A program made the position numbers and the translations under genes. The notes beneath the pieces are model-generated. The model saw nothing but the letters and a program-made list of their open reading frames with translations, had not been told where the DNA came from and did not search any database. From a virus, in IMG/VR virus record IMGVR_UViG_3300025450_000013: a DNA stretch of 64,000 nucleotides; one strand, given 5' to 3'. This document shows positions 1-9,909 of this stretch, one piece after another. Numbering within the stretch: the stretch's first letter is position 1; each line of letters opens with the position of its first letter.

Positions 1-246
1 TTCTTTATGCTCTTGCTCAATTTCTTTAAGTTTATCCATTACATCAAAATAATGAGATGCTTTAATAAATCCTGCTTTCTTTCTATCCTCAATGTCTTGT
101 TTAGACATACCACCCATGGCCTCAGCCTGCATCATTTTCTTTTTTTCAACAAGTTTCTTTTCAACGATGCTATTCAATCGTTCCTCAAAAATCTGAGAAG
201 CGGCAACGTAATTTTCGGAAAGGATGTGTTCTAATAAATCATTCAT
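1..246 (-). CDS. Prohead core-like protein (gp67/gp68 region), runs off window edge
   Basis: Not in ORF track; read manually: MNDLLEHILSENYVAASQIFEERLNSIVEKKLVEKKK..., ATGA overlap with the stop of 243..767; resembles the C-terminal helix of 2254..3843; position downstream of portal. Confidence 0.6.
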   Translation of the reverse strand, partial: MNDLLEHILSENYVAASQIFEERLNSIVEKKLVEKKKMMQAEAMGGMSKQDIEDRKKAGFIKASHYFDVMDKLKEIEQEHKE

Positions 247-767
247 CTTAGGTTACCTTGGAAATCGTAAGCATTAAATGCCGCAGGATCAGCAGTTTGA
301 CCGTTATCATAATCACGGTTATCTTTCTTGAGGTCAATGAAAATAGTCACTGCGTCAGATGATGCAACTGAACCAATATTAGAAATAACAATATTTCCTG
401 TTGTGTTAGCAACCGCAGGTGGAGAAATAGCAGCAGACATACCTTGCGGATCAAAATTAAAATCAAACATACCAGATCCAATTGATACAATATCGGAATT
501 GGCATCTGATTGCCAACCAAGAGCAATACTATAACCTGATTTAAACTGGCCTTGTCCAAAAATACGTTTAATGGTTGTTCTGTATGTTGATTTTATGTCT
601 GTATTAGATGACATAATACGATTGTTTGTATTCATCGCATATACCAACTGAGAAGCATTTACCAACAAAACATTTGCTGTTGATGTTCCGTCAAAACGGA
701 TAACATATTTTAGCAATGCTCTATTGTGATTATCAATGACCTTTTGTTCTGTTATTACGTTTGCCAT
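243..767 (-). CDS. Hypothetical protein in head gene cluster
   Basis: 174 aa ORF tightly packed in the late operon; no recognisable motif. Confidence 0.6.
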   Translation of the reverse strand: MANVITEQKVIDNHNRALLKYVIRFDGTSTANVLLVNASQLVYAMNTNNRIMSSNTDIKSTYRTTIKRIFGQGQFKSGYSIALGWQSDANSDIVSIGSGMFDFNFDPQGMSAAISPPAVANTTGNIVISNIGSVASSDAVTIFIDLKKDNRDYDNGQTADPAAFNAYDFQGNLR

Positions 768-769
768 TT

Positions 770-1696
770 TTAGTTCCTAATTGAGAAGTTTAATAGTTTC
801 TTGAAGGACTCAAGGTCTTCATTTAGCATACCTTCAACAATTTTTTTGTTTTTGGTATTAACCGAGTCATAAACTTCAAGTATTCTTTTTGCCATAGATG
901 TATTTAGTGTAACTTGCCTTCCATTAATAGAAAGATCCATGTTATCAATACCTTCTTTAATCATGGTGCGAATATCTGTAATCTTGTTTTCTTTTATAGG
1001 AGCAATAGCAGCCTGCTTGGCCTTTGATTGATAAACAGGATCGGATGTAGGTTTATTTTCCCAAGAACTGCTAACTTTAGCTGTAGCATCATGTTTTTGT
1101 TGTGTTTGACTTACAGGCTTTTCATTTTTATCATCACTCTTTTCTTTTTTATCATCGTCTTTTTCATCGTCACCTACTAATGCTTTGCCTACCATTTTAA
1201 GACCTTTTTTAGCTAAGTCTTTTAAACCAGTAGAACCTAAAGCACGAAGGCTTAGACCAATTAAAGGATTTTCCTCAAGTTTTTCTTCACGGAGTTTTTC
1301 AACTCTTTCTTTGAAACTTTCATATGTTGGTCTGGTTGTATAAGAAGGATTACCTGGGCCGTCTTCTTTGACAGGTACACAATTTGGTACCTCTCTATTA
1401 CCTTTTTTCTTCATACCAACCTGTTCATAACCTTTCCAACAAGCCTCACTTAGATTTACATTATCTGGTCCAATTGGAATGGAAAGATACTTATCCATTA
1501 CTTTTGAATAGTAAAGAGCAACAACCTGACCTTTAGGATAGGATCTAAAAGATACTCTTCTAAAAACTATTACTGCTGGCATCTCTTTTGTAGATGGTAT
1601 AACACTTTTCTCAAGCATCAACTCCTCAGGAAGAACTTCAACCTGAGACATAAATTTATCATTATATTCTTCACGGATTTGTTTTAGCGTTTTCAT
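770..1696 (-). CDS. Putative prohead core/internal head protein
   Basis: MKTLKQIRE start, charged composition, ACWKGY..GMKKKG..VPNCVP module bounded by L/I/V-x-E motifs; located downstream of portal. Confidence 0.55.
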   Translation of the reverse strand: MKTLKQIREEYNDKFMSQVEVLPEELMLEKSVIPSTKEMPAVIVFRRVSFRSYPKGQVVALYYSKVMDKYLSIPIGPDNVNLSEACWKGYEQVGMKKKGNREVPNCVPVKEDGPGNPSYTTRPTYESFKERVEKLREEKLEENPLIGLSLRALGSTGLKDLAKKGLKMVGKALVGDDEKDDDKKEKSDDKNEKPVSQTQQKHDATAKVSSSWENKPTSDPVYQSKAKQAAIAPIKENKITDIRTMIKEGIDNMDLSINGRQVTLNTSMAKRILEVYDSVNTKNKKIVEGMLNEDLESFKKLLNFSIRN

Positions 1697-2190
1697 TTAT
1701 TACCTTTTGCTTCTTGTCTTGACTTACTAATTTTCTTTTTTGCTTCATCAGTATGTTTGTAAAGGTTTGTTTTTCCCTTGTTATGGCCACCCCAACCTTT
1801 AAGACCTTTATTCCAAGGCACACGACCTTTAATAGCATCACTTAATTTCTTTTTTGTTTCTTCGCTATAAACTTTACCTTTATGAGATTTACTCATTTTT
1901 CTTTTGGTTTCATCCGAATGATAACATCCTGAGGAACCTTCTCCACCGTCAGTCATATTTCTTAATATTCCTGTTCCATTATCTTTACGACCATACCAAC
2001 GAATATAAAATCTTTCTAGAGCAAGGGCACCAATATCTGTCAAGTTAGATTCCATAAGCACTATTCTTGATTTATCTTTTGGAGGTTTAACCTCGTTTTC
2101 ACGATATTTATAATATGCTCTTTTACCTTTACCCTTACCAATATAATATGGTGTACCATCTGTTCTTAGATATGCATAAATATAAAACAT
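1693..2190 (-). mobile_element. Free-standing GIY-YIG homing endonuclease with NUMOD3 DNA-binding repeats
   Basis: FYIYAY...PYYIGKG catalytic motif; HSDETKRKMS, YSEETKKKLS, HTDEAKKKIS repeats; probable start ATG 2190 behind AAGGAG (ORF track starts at 2232). Confidence 0.85.
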
Positions 2191-2245
2191 GCTGTGTCTC
2201 CTTATTAGACATAGAGTAGGCAGGTTCCCCAACCGTGGCCTACAC
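2191..2245 (-). promoter_or_regulatory. Two-hairpin leader of the homing endonuclease, occluding its RBS
   Basis: Minus strand GTAGGC-cac-GGTT-gggg-AACC-t-GCCTAC followed by TGTCT-aataagg-AGACA overlapping AAGGAG. Confidence 0.55.
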
Positions 2246-2253
2246 TTTATTCA

Positions 2254-3843
2254 TTACTGTGCAAAATACTCAGATGCTATGATCTTTTTCTTTTCTTCCA
2301 ACTTTTCTTGTGCCTTCTCTTGTAGAGCGGTCATAAGATTTTCTTTCATAGCGTTAAGGTCATTCTCTAGAATGTTCTCAATCGCCTCATTAATAAGGTT
2401 TTGATTTTCCATTTTAGTTTCCTCGTGTATTGTTCGTTGAGTTCCTCCAGGGCTTGTGTATGATGCTCCCTGTAATCTTAAATCTGGTTTATCACCTGCT
2501 TCTGATACATCACCTTTACCCATAAATCCTACAGTATCATCAAAATCTTTATCTTTGCTATTTTCTTTTGTTAGTTGTTTAATGGCGGTTGTAATGCCTT
2601 TTTGGCGTTTACCCCAAGTTTTGATGTCTGCTTTAGAACCTTGTAAAGCCTTTCTACGTGAAGAAGAGGCCTTCTTTACGTAAGAACCGAGTGTTTCTGC
2701 CTTTAGTTCATCAATCTGTTCTTCAGCAACCTGCTTTGCTTTTTTTGTTGCTGTAGCATACAATACTTCTTTGGCACGTTCGCCATAACGCTTTTTCATT
2801 CCAGGAAGACCTTTCTTCATGGACATTACAATCTCTTCTTTCTTTTTGGTCTCAGCAGGAGTTAAATGCTTTTCATAAATACCGCGTTCTGCGGCATCTG
2901 AGTATTGCGCTGGTCTATCACCTCGTTGTTCTTCGCAGTTCCACTTACGCAATGCTAAGGCCTTACGAGTTGGTCTACCTTTTTCATCTTTCATAGGGCC
3001 TTTCATTCCACCCATGCGGGCACAGAATGACTTACGACGCTTTGCTGGTTTGCTATCAGGATCCAACTTTGATGGTTTAGTTGTAACAGCCATTGATAGT
3101 TTAGAACCAGGATGCTCTCTACGATATGAAGCAATACCTTTACGGTTCAAACCACCTTCTGGATCTTTACCAGCACTACGTTGCCATGCTGCGGATTCTT
3201 CGATGTCGTTATCTTCTTCCATGGTAGCCTTCTTTTTCTTTAATACGTCTTTTGCTAAATCGTAACCTTTTTTACCGTAATGTGCGGCACTTGCTGCCCA
3301 TCCTGCTGCACCTGGTAATGCTGTTGCAGCACGAACCATATCACTTTGAGGATGTGGATGATGCTGACTTATAGCATCTGCCATGGTATACATATTAGCA
3401 GCAGTCATTCCTGCCATAGCAACTTTTTTAGCCTTATCTTTTAACGGACCTTCTTCTAGTTGGTCGTTTGTTCTACCTTTTGGTGGTGGATCAGAGATAC
3501 CTTCGTATCCTACATTACCACCCAATTCATTTAATTTACCCAATTGGAGACCTAGTTCATCCAACTTTGATTTAACTCTTATTCTAGCTGTTGTTGTTTC
3601 TTGTATAACGGTGTTAGATTTCAAGTGATGATTTCTTCCTGTTCTTATTTCGGTTGGATTAAAGTGATTGAAACCTAATGCCTTATTATGATGATCCAAA
3701 TGTGCTTTTTGGATTGTCATCAACTTATCTTCTTGATCAAGTTGATAGGCATTAACATTATTGTTAATGTATTGGTGTTCTTCTCCTTTAGCGGTGCCAT
3801 CTATTACAGATGCAACACCTGTATGACTATGTTCTTTAATCAA
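2254..3843 (-). CDS. Expanded prohead core protein (gp67-like C-terminus) with multiple basic modules
   Basis: Directly after portal; C-terminal LINEAIENILENDL...LEEKKKIIASEYF helix; internal AAWQRSAGKDPEGGLN...RRKSFCARM...ALRKWNC module; many L/I/M-x-E motifs. Confidence 0.6.
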   Translation of the reverse strand: MIKEHSHTGVASVIDGTAKGEEHQYINNNVNAYQLDQEDKLMTIQKAHLDHHNKALGFNHFNPTEIRTGRNHHLKSNTVIQETTTARIRVKSKLDELGLQLGKLNELGGNVGYEGISDPPPKGRTNDQLEEGPLKDKAKKVAMAGMTAANMYTMADAISQHHPHPQSDMVRAATALPGAAGWAASAAHYGKKGYDLAKDVLKKKKATMEEDNDIEESAAWQRSAGKDPEGGLNRKGIASYRREHPGSKLSMAVTTKPSKLDPDSKPAKRRKSFCARMGGMKGPMKDEKGRPTRKALALRKWNCEEQRGDRPAQYSDAAERGIYEKHLTPAETKKKEEIVMSMKKGLPGMKKRYGERAKEVLYATATKKAKQVAEEQIDELKAETLGSYVKKASSSRRKALQGSKADIKTWGKRQKGITTAIKQLTKENSKDKDFDDTVGFMGKGDVSEAGDKPDLRLQGASYTSPGGTQRTIHEETKMENQNLINEAIENILENDLNAMKENLMTALQEKAQEKLEEKKKIIASEYFAQ

Positions 3844-5746
3844 CTAAACTATCCTTATTTAGTTCCGTTAATATACCATTTTCATTGATAAATCTAACAG
3901 TACCTTGCGGATCACTATATTGACCATTACCAACATAAATCAGGCCCATATCTTTTGCTTCTTTAGCAACGGACTTTTTCTTAGGTGCTGGTTTTTTAGT
4001 AGGTACCGCAGATTTAGATTTAGATTTTGCTTTAATTTTTTCAATCTGAATTTTTTTATCCATCATTTTTGATTCATGGTCTCTACCAGCCTTTTCTGCT
4101 GGTGAAACCTTATCATCTTCTTTTTCATCTTCTGAACTAACCGTTTTATCAACTTGTGCTTGAATGGCAGCCTGCTGAATTTGTTGTTGACCTTGGAAAT
4201 CCAATTGATTTTGTTGGTCTTGTTGTTGCTGAGCCTGTTGATCGGCCATTTGTTGTTGCTGTTGCTGTGCAAGAATGGTATTTTCTGTTTCCATTTCAGC
4301 ATTAATTTCTTCAATCTCTTCATCGTTCTGCATAAGTATATTCTTACGAACCCACAAAGCAGAAACATATTTACCCACAAACGGGTCAACAGCAGCCAAT
4401 AAAGTAAAACGATTGGTTAATAATTCCGCATCTTTTAGTTCATCAAAGTTATTATCTTTTTTGAAGTCATAGAATATATCTTCCTTGAACTCTTTCCATT
4501 CTTCTTCGGTACAGACCTTTTTGAGAACCAACTGAACTCTTAGTAAGTCATCAAATAGTGTGGAGAATTTATTACGAAGACGCTGGATGAACTTTGTGAA
4601 CTTTAACTCATCTCTGGTAATTTCTGTTGATCTACCTAGTGAAAACCCTTGTTGTGGTTCTAGACGACCAATAGGAACATTAAGTGAACGGTATAATTTG
4701 GATTGGAAATACTTAACATCTTCCAATTCACCAAGATTACGAGCACCTTCTAGTGTGGAGATTTCTGTACCTTTAGAACCTTCACGACGAGGTAACCAAA
4801 AGTCCTCAATCATAGATAGATGTTTGCGGTCATCTTTTATTTCACCTGTATTAGAATCATAAACCAATTTGTTACGATACTTAACCATAATATCACGAAC
4901 GTATTGGTCAGCCTTGACTGTTGGCATATTACCTACGTCAATATAGAATACACGACGCTCTGGAGCCCGGGAAAGACGGTATATAACAGTAGCATCTTCA
5001 ACCATGCGTAAGTTGTTAAATGGTTTAATAGCCTTGTGAAGATAAGAAAGTACCATTGTCTGTTTTGGATCCATTAGACCCGAATTGACGTTTATGATGG
5101 AATCTGGTGCAATCTTAGAACCTAATTGTGTACCTGATCCAATCATTCCTTTTTCATTGTATAGGTAATATTCAATTGCTTTTTTGATTAGCTCTACACC
5201 TGTTTGTGGATCACGCATCTTTTGAATTTCACGGATCTTACGAATACGGCGTGGATCAATATACTTTACTTCTTGTATACCATACATTGGTTGCGTTTCA
5301 TCAATAACAGCATGATAATACAAACGACCATCAACATAATAACGACGAAAGATATCGTGACCCATGTTGTTAAAGTTAAGAAGTTTTAGTATAAAGTTAA
5401 ATTCATCTTCAATACGTTTCTTAATACCAGCAGGAACTTTGAGTTCATCGAGGTTAATTTCAACACATTGACCAGATTCTTCAATGACGATTGCTTCATT
5501 TACAATCTCATCGATAGCTGATTCCATTTCTGGTTGAATAGCAAGTTCTCGGTATTTTGTAATTAATTGTGTTTCGTTACGGAATGTACCATCAAGGTCT
5601 ACATATGTACCATAATAACCGGCACCAGCAACCGTAATCGCCCCATCATCAGATTGTGGGAGAGTAAACGATTTTTTGGTTGGTTGCTCTAGTTGAGCAT
5701 CCTCTAATTTTTTGGGAGTTCCTATTTCAAAGCCAAATAATTTCAC
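3836..5746 (-). CDS. gp20: Portal vertex protein
   Basis: MKLFGF start, YLHKAIKP.N.LRM.EDA.VIYRLSRAPERRVFYIDVGNMP, EDFWLPRREG, EITRDELKF. Confidence 0.98.
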   Translation of the reverse strand: MKLFGFEIGTPKKLEDAQLEQPTKKSFTLPQSDDGAITVAGAGYYGTYVDLDGTFRNETQLITKYRELAIQPEMESAIDEIVNEAIVIEESGQCVEINLDELKVPAGIKKRIEDEFNFILKLLNFNNMGHDIFRRYYVDGRLYYHAVIDETQPMYGIQEVKYIDPRRIRKIREIQKMRDPQTGVELIKKAIEYYLYNEKGMIGSGTQLGSKIAPDSIINVNSGLMDPKQTMVLSYLHKAIKPFNNLRMVEDATVIYRLSRAPERRVFYIDVGNMPTVKADQYVRDIMVKYRNKLVYDSNTGEIKDDRKHLSMIEDFWLPRREGSKGTEISTLEGARNLGELEDVKYFQSKLYRSLNVPIGRLEPQQGFSLGRSTEITRDELKFTKFIQRLRNKFSTLFDDLLRVQLVLKKVCTEEEWKEFKEDIFYDFKKDNNFDELKDAELLTNRFTLLAAVDPFVGKYVSALWVRKNILMQNDEEIEEINAEMETENTILAQQQQQQMADQQAQQQQDQQNQLDFQGQQQIQQAAIQAQVDKTVSSEDEKEDDKVSPAEKAGRDHESKMMDKKIQIEKIKAKSKSKSAVPTKKPAPKKKSVAKEAKDMGLIYVGNGQYSDPQGTVRFINENGILTELNKDSLVD

Positions 5747-5771
5747 TATGTAGTCCTTTACTTGATTGAAG

Positions 5772-5796
5772 ACCCGTGGAGGGTTGCTCCACGGGT
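5772..5796. terminator. GC-rich hairpin between gp19 and gp20 (terminator or 5' stabilising stem)
   Basis: ACCCGTGGAG-ggttg-CTCCACGGGT perfect 10-bp stem; U-tract weak on the minus strand. Confidence 0.5.
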
Positions 5797-5803
5797 TTAG
5801 TTA

Positions 5804-5811
5804 TATTTATG
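5804..5811 (-). promoter_or_regulatory. T4-type late promoter (CATAAATA) for gp20
   Basis: Variant of TATAAATA in the intergenic gap. Confidence 0.6.
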
Positions 5812-5818
5812 TTACAAA

Positions 5819-6385
5819 TTATGCGCCAGAAATATCTGTTGTTCCAATTGGATACGCAGATTCCCACCACTGGTAGGCAAATGTAACACTAAACTCTTCA
5901 ATCTGATCACCTGATGCCCAATCAAGGTCAATAGCAGCAACGTCGGTTGGAAAACAACCAATCATTTTATATTCCTTAATAACTTCACCTGTTTTAGCAT
6001 ATTGTCTAATTGTAGCATCGGCCTGATAAGTTGCCATTGTAGCTACAGCAGGGTTACGAAGATTATTGACATGTGAGTTAAGGGCACTCATCCAAAGTTC
6101 AAGGTTATTGCGGATGAGGAAGTTCTCATCGTTAATAACTGTGAATGACCAATCTGGGAATGTTCTTGTACCGGCAACTTTGATCTCACGACCAAAGTAT
6201 GGAACGGTAATAGAAGAGATGGAATCTCCAGGCAAGGATGAAGCCCTTGCCTTGAAATTAATTGCAGCAGAGGTAAGGGGTGTAATACCTGGTGCTGGAG
6301 GCATGTTCAAAGAAATATCAAAAAGTGATGCGCGGGCACCATCAAATTCGAGGGTTGCTCTGAACTGTTGAACGTTAAAAGCCAT
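5819..6385 (-). CDS. gp19: Tail tube protein
   Basis: YFGREIKVAG.RTF.DWS.TVINDENF.IR, IDLDW...DQIEEFSVTFAYQWW; after sheath. Confidence 0.97.
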   Translation of the reverse strand: MAFNVQQFRATLEFDGARASLFDISLNMPPAPGITPLTSAAINFKARASSLPGDSISSITVPYFGREIKVAGTRTFPDWSFTVINDENFLIRNNLELWMSALNSHVNNLRNPAVATMATYQADATIRQYAKTGEVIKEYKMIGCFPTDVAAIDLDWASGDQIEEFSVTFAYQWWESAYPIGTTDISGA

Positions 6386-6407
6386 TTGTTTTTACTCCTT
6401 TTCCTAA

Positions 6408-8162
6408 TTAGGCGCCTGTTTTGCCAACAACTTCGGAGAAGGCAACTCCTGTACCAACTGCGATAAAGTTCAACTGAATGAAGTTGATTGCGCGGGCTGG
6501 CTTGATATAGATGTCACCAACGAAACGGTTGCTATCGATGACTTCTGGTGTATTGTTAGTGGTATCACAAACAATTTGGTAATCAAAGATACCTCTTTTG
6601 CCTTTGATGTCTCTAAGGAAAGGATCTACAAGAGCAACGAATTGGGCACGTGTGAACTCATCGTTGAACTCAAATAGTGAATACTTAGCTGCTTTAGAGA
6701 TTGACTGTTCAAGTGTAATAAACAATCTGCGAACGTTGATACGATCAAATGCAGATGGTTTTGCTGTCATAGTTTTATCACCATAAAGAACTGTACCAAC
6801 ACCATTCATTTGAACGACTGGGTTGATTGAGTTTTTATAAAGATTGTCACGATCTGCTTGATTTGGGCTCCAAGAAAGTTGTGTAACATTCTTGATTAGG
6901 CCACGATTTAGACCAGCAGGTGACCACCATGCAGCATTTGTATAATCTGTCTGAGCGCAAAGACCAGCAATATCACCGTTTAGTGGAATCCAGCGGTAAA
7001 CATTGTTGTATTTGTCAAACTGTTTCTTCCAGCCGGAATCAAATACGGTATATGAAGATGATCCAAACATGTTTCTTGTTGCAATTGCTGATGTTGTTTC
7101 ATTACCCATGTTATTAACAACGTCATTAAACTGTGGTGAAACAAATAGAACATGGTCTTTACGAGATTCAGTAACGTTGCTTAGAACATATTCTGTTACA
7201 GTTGGGCTTGAATTGCCCATCATCATTAAGGAAACGTCAGCAACGTCTGAATTTCCAAAAAATGAATAAGCAGTTGACAAAGCACCATCCGTAATAGGAG
7301 CAGTATTACCACCTGTTAGGATTGCTGTATAGTTTGTATTTCCTTGAGCAAAGTTAGTGTTTGCTGCTGTCATACCCCAGGTTGTTGTATCAGAGAACCA
7401 GGTATTTGAGTTTTGATACTGAGCACCGTGTAGGATGTAAATGTATTTTGATTGTGAATTGATTACATTTACATAGTAGTTTGATGTACCATCATCGTTG
7501 GTAGCATCAACTGCCTTAGAAACATAAGAATATTTTTCCAAAACGGTATTTGGAGTTGAAGTAAATGTGCCCAAAGTATCAATAACAATAATGTGCATCT
7601 CATCATTCATACCACCTCTTGAAGAGACATAATGAGATGTTGATGGAAGACCGTTAAAGAAGGCTGAAAGATTCAAACCTGAGTTTAGTTGGCCTGTAGA
7701 TGTCCACTGTGAGAAAGCATTTGCGTTAGATGTGTTTGCCCAAATGGATACAAGAAGACCGTTACCTAAGTCACTTGGATAACGAGCAGCATACATGCCT
7801 GTGTTAGCAGGTGCTTGACCGTCCATATATTCAATATCATATACGTTTTTATTTTCAATAACAATTGTCTGATTACCAGATGTTGCATTACGTGTGCCTG
7901 TTAGGTCGGCCGCACGAACAACCATTAGATTTTGTGTGTAAGATAGAAAGTTTGCCGCTGTGAAAAACGCTACGTAAGATCCATCATCTGGCATACCAAA
8001 GGTATTTACCAAATCGATTTCATTGCTAATTGTTGTAATTTCATTTACTGGACCCCAATTAAAGTTTCCGGCGAAACCTCCCACTGTAGTAGATAGTGAT
8101 GGCACAATGGTCGTTAAATCAATTTCCGACCAAGCTACACCAGGTGAAAGTAGAGTTGCCAT
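6408..8162 (-). CDS. gp18: Tail sheath protein
   Basis: LLSPGV...EIDLT, WIPLNGDIAGLCA, WWSPAG.NRG, SAFDRINVRRLF, IYIKPARAINFIQLNF. Confidence 0.98.
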   Translation of the reverse strand: MATLLSPGVAWSEIDLTTIVPSLSTTVGGFAGNFNWGPVNEITTISNEIDLVNTFGMPDDGSYVAFFTAANFLSYTQNLMVVRAADLTGTRNATSGNQTIVIENKNVYDIEYMDGQAPANTGMYAARYPSDLGNGLLVSIWANTSNANAFSQWTSTGQLNSGLNLSAFFNGLPSTSHYVSSRGGMNDEMHIIVIDTLGTFTSTPNTVLEKYSYVSKAVDATNDDGTSNYYVNVINSQSKYIYILHGAQYQNSNTWFSDTTTWGMTAANTNFAQGNTNYTAILTGGNTAPITDGALSTAYSFFGNSDVADVSLMMMGNSSPTVTEYVLSNVTESRKDHVLFVSPQFNDVVNNMGNETTSAIATRNMFGSSSYTVFDSGWKKQFDKYNNVYRWIPLNGDIAGLCAQTDYTNAAWWSPAGLNRGLIKNVTQLSWSPNQADRDNLYKNSINPVVQMNGVGTVLYGDKTMTAKPSAFDRINVRRLFITLEQSISKAAKYSLFEFNDEFTRAQFVALVDPFLRDIKGKRGIFDYQIVCDTTNNTPEVIDSNRFVGDIYIKPARAINFIQLNFIAVGTGVAFSEVVGKTGA

Positions 8163-8209
8163 TTTTTACTCCTTTTTATAGGTTGAATGGTTTGATATCC
8201 ATTTCTACT

Positions 8210-8217
8210 TATTTATC
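8210..8217 (-). promoter_or_regulatory. T4-type late promoter (GATAAATA) for gp18
   Basis: TAAATA core in the intergenic gap. Confidence 0.6.
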
Positions 8218-8235
8218 GTTTTGTTGTTTTTGAGA

Positions 8236-9909
8236 TTATAACCTAGGATCCCAGTTATCATGTGTGTAAAGGCCTTCTTTTTCAGTAGTTAACCATCTAT
8301 CTCCACTGGGGTCCTTTTGATCAGGAAAAGGATCATCTATACCATTATCAATAAAACCAAAAGGAACATTCTCCACATCTTGGAGGTATTCTAGTTCTTT
8401 TTGTAGAACATGACGTATATCATTTGAAACGGTTTCTTTAAATAGTTTCTGTGCAGTTAACCATCCAAAGTGAACCAAAGTCATAGCAAGGTCGTCATTT
8501 GACCCTTCCTCTGCCATGAAGGTTTTCTTATTAGCAGAAAATGAAAATAACTCGGTAATACTATCTTCATCATTAAGAATGAGTTTATCATTCTCTACTA
8601 ATGTCTTTAAGTTAGCACAACCAATCATTTTGGATTGTGCCGTTATCCTGAGACCAAAGGCCAGTTTATTTTTACCAGCAGCAAAACCACTGGATGCCTG
8701 TGTTCCCTGTTTACCTTTTGCTTGAAACTTTAAAAGATTTTCGTAGTTCAATTCAAAGTGTAAAATGTCGGCCACTTGTAAACCTATTGAATTTATTTCA
8801 ATAAGAACAAATGCTTCGTTATAAGTTGTAGCGGCTGAATAGATAACCGCTGGTAGAAGCATCGGGCTAATCTCGTTATTACGGTATTTAGCAACCTGTC
8901 TATATGGTATTTCTGTAACATCAAATATAGAAAATGCTGAATAATCTAGACCTTGACCTTCAGACACATCTGCGGTTAGAACATATGTGTGCTTTGGAAT
9001 AGGTTCTTCAAATATATCCATACATTCCATTCTACGAATAGGTTCTTTCCAGTGTAATGCTGCTAGCTTAGCACCGTTGATAAGAGTATTAGATGAACCT
9101 AAAAACTCACAACCAAACTCTTGATCAAACTGACGTTGACTTGTGTTTCTTATAGTTTCTTCGGCCCAGGCCTGGTCACGCCCGGGTACCATAGACCAGT
9201 GTATCTCAATAGGAATGTAGGTGCTAGTTTTATCAACTGCCTTTGTCCACATTTTATAGAACAAGTTCATTCCATTTGGTGTTGATACTATAACAACTTT
9301 AGAAGTTTTACCAGAAGAGATGGTAGGATAGGTTGAGTTAAAGAACTCTTCAGCGATGTTATTAGGTACGAACGCAAACTCGTCCAAAAAGATTAAGTTG
9401 AACGAGAAACCACGGACAGAACTACCAGAGGTGGAATCTGCTAGGACTCTTGACCCATTGGCCAGATATATAGAACCTTTGTTCCATTCTTTGATACCTT
9501 GCTTGAGAAACATAGGAAGATACTCAAACGCTAGTTTCAGTTTACCTAGCAACTCACGGGCCGTAGGTGCACGGTTAGCAAGGATAGCAACCACAAAATT
9601 TTCGTTGAATAATACTTGATGTAGGATGTAGGCTACACTGGTAGTTGATTTACCAACCTGTCGTGGTAGTTTGCAGATAGAGAAACGATTAGCATGAAAT
9701 GTTTCTAGCATACGCTCCTGGAAGTCCCACATGTCAAATGGAATCAAACCACGGTCAACGTTGATGATACGAATATATTTACGAGCGAAGTAAACTGGAT
9801 CTTCCGCACACTTTAGGTATTCATCAAATTCTGTTTGTGTAAATGAATGACGATATTGTTCGTTGGGAAGATTAGGATTATTTTGATAACTATACGGTGT
9901 CCTTGCCAT
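8236..9909 (-). CDS. gp17: Terminase large subunit
   Basis: Walker A PRQVGKST, Walker B IFLDEFAF, STPNGMN, nuclease DVSEG..DYS and DDLAM. Confidence 0.98.
   Translation of the reverse strand: MARTPYSYQNNPNLPNEQYRHSFTQTEFDEYLKCAEDPVYFARKYIRIINVDRGLIPFDMWDFQERMLETFHANRFSICKLPRQVGKSTTSVAYILHQVLFNENFVVAILANRAPTARELLGKLKLAFEYLPMFLKQGIKEWNKGSIYLANGSRVLADSTSGSSVRGFSFNLIFLDEFAFVPNNIAEEFFNSTYPTISSGKTSKVVIVSTPNGMNLFYKMWTKAVDKTSTYIPIEIHWSMVPGRDQAWAEETIRNTSQRQFDQEFGCEFLGSSNTLINGAKLAALHWKEPIRRMECMDIFEEPIPKHTYVLTADVSEGQGLDYSAFSIFDVTEIPYRQVAKYRNNEISPMLLPAVIYSAATTYNEAFVLIEINSIGLQVADILHFELNYENLLKFQAKGKQGTQASSGFAAGKNKLAFGLRITAQSKMIGCANLKTLVENDKLILNDEDSITELFSFSANKKTFMAEEGSNDDLAMTLVHFGWLTAQKLFKETVSNDIRHVLQKELEYLQDVENVPFGFIDNGIDDPFPDQKDPSGDRWLTTEKEGLYTHDNWDPRL

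Noticed and set aside
7-234. Plus-strand 75-aa ORF
   Set aside because: Antisense to a better minus-strand ORF (1..246) coupled to the late operon
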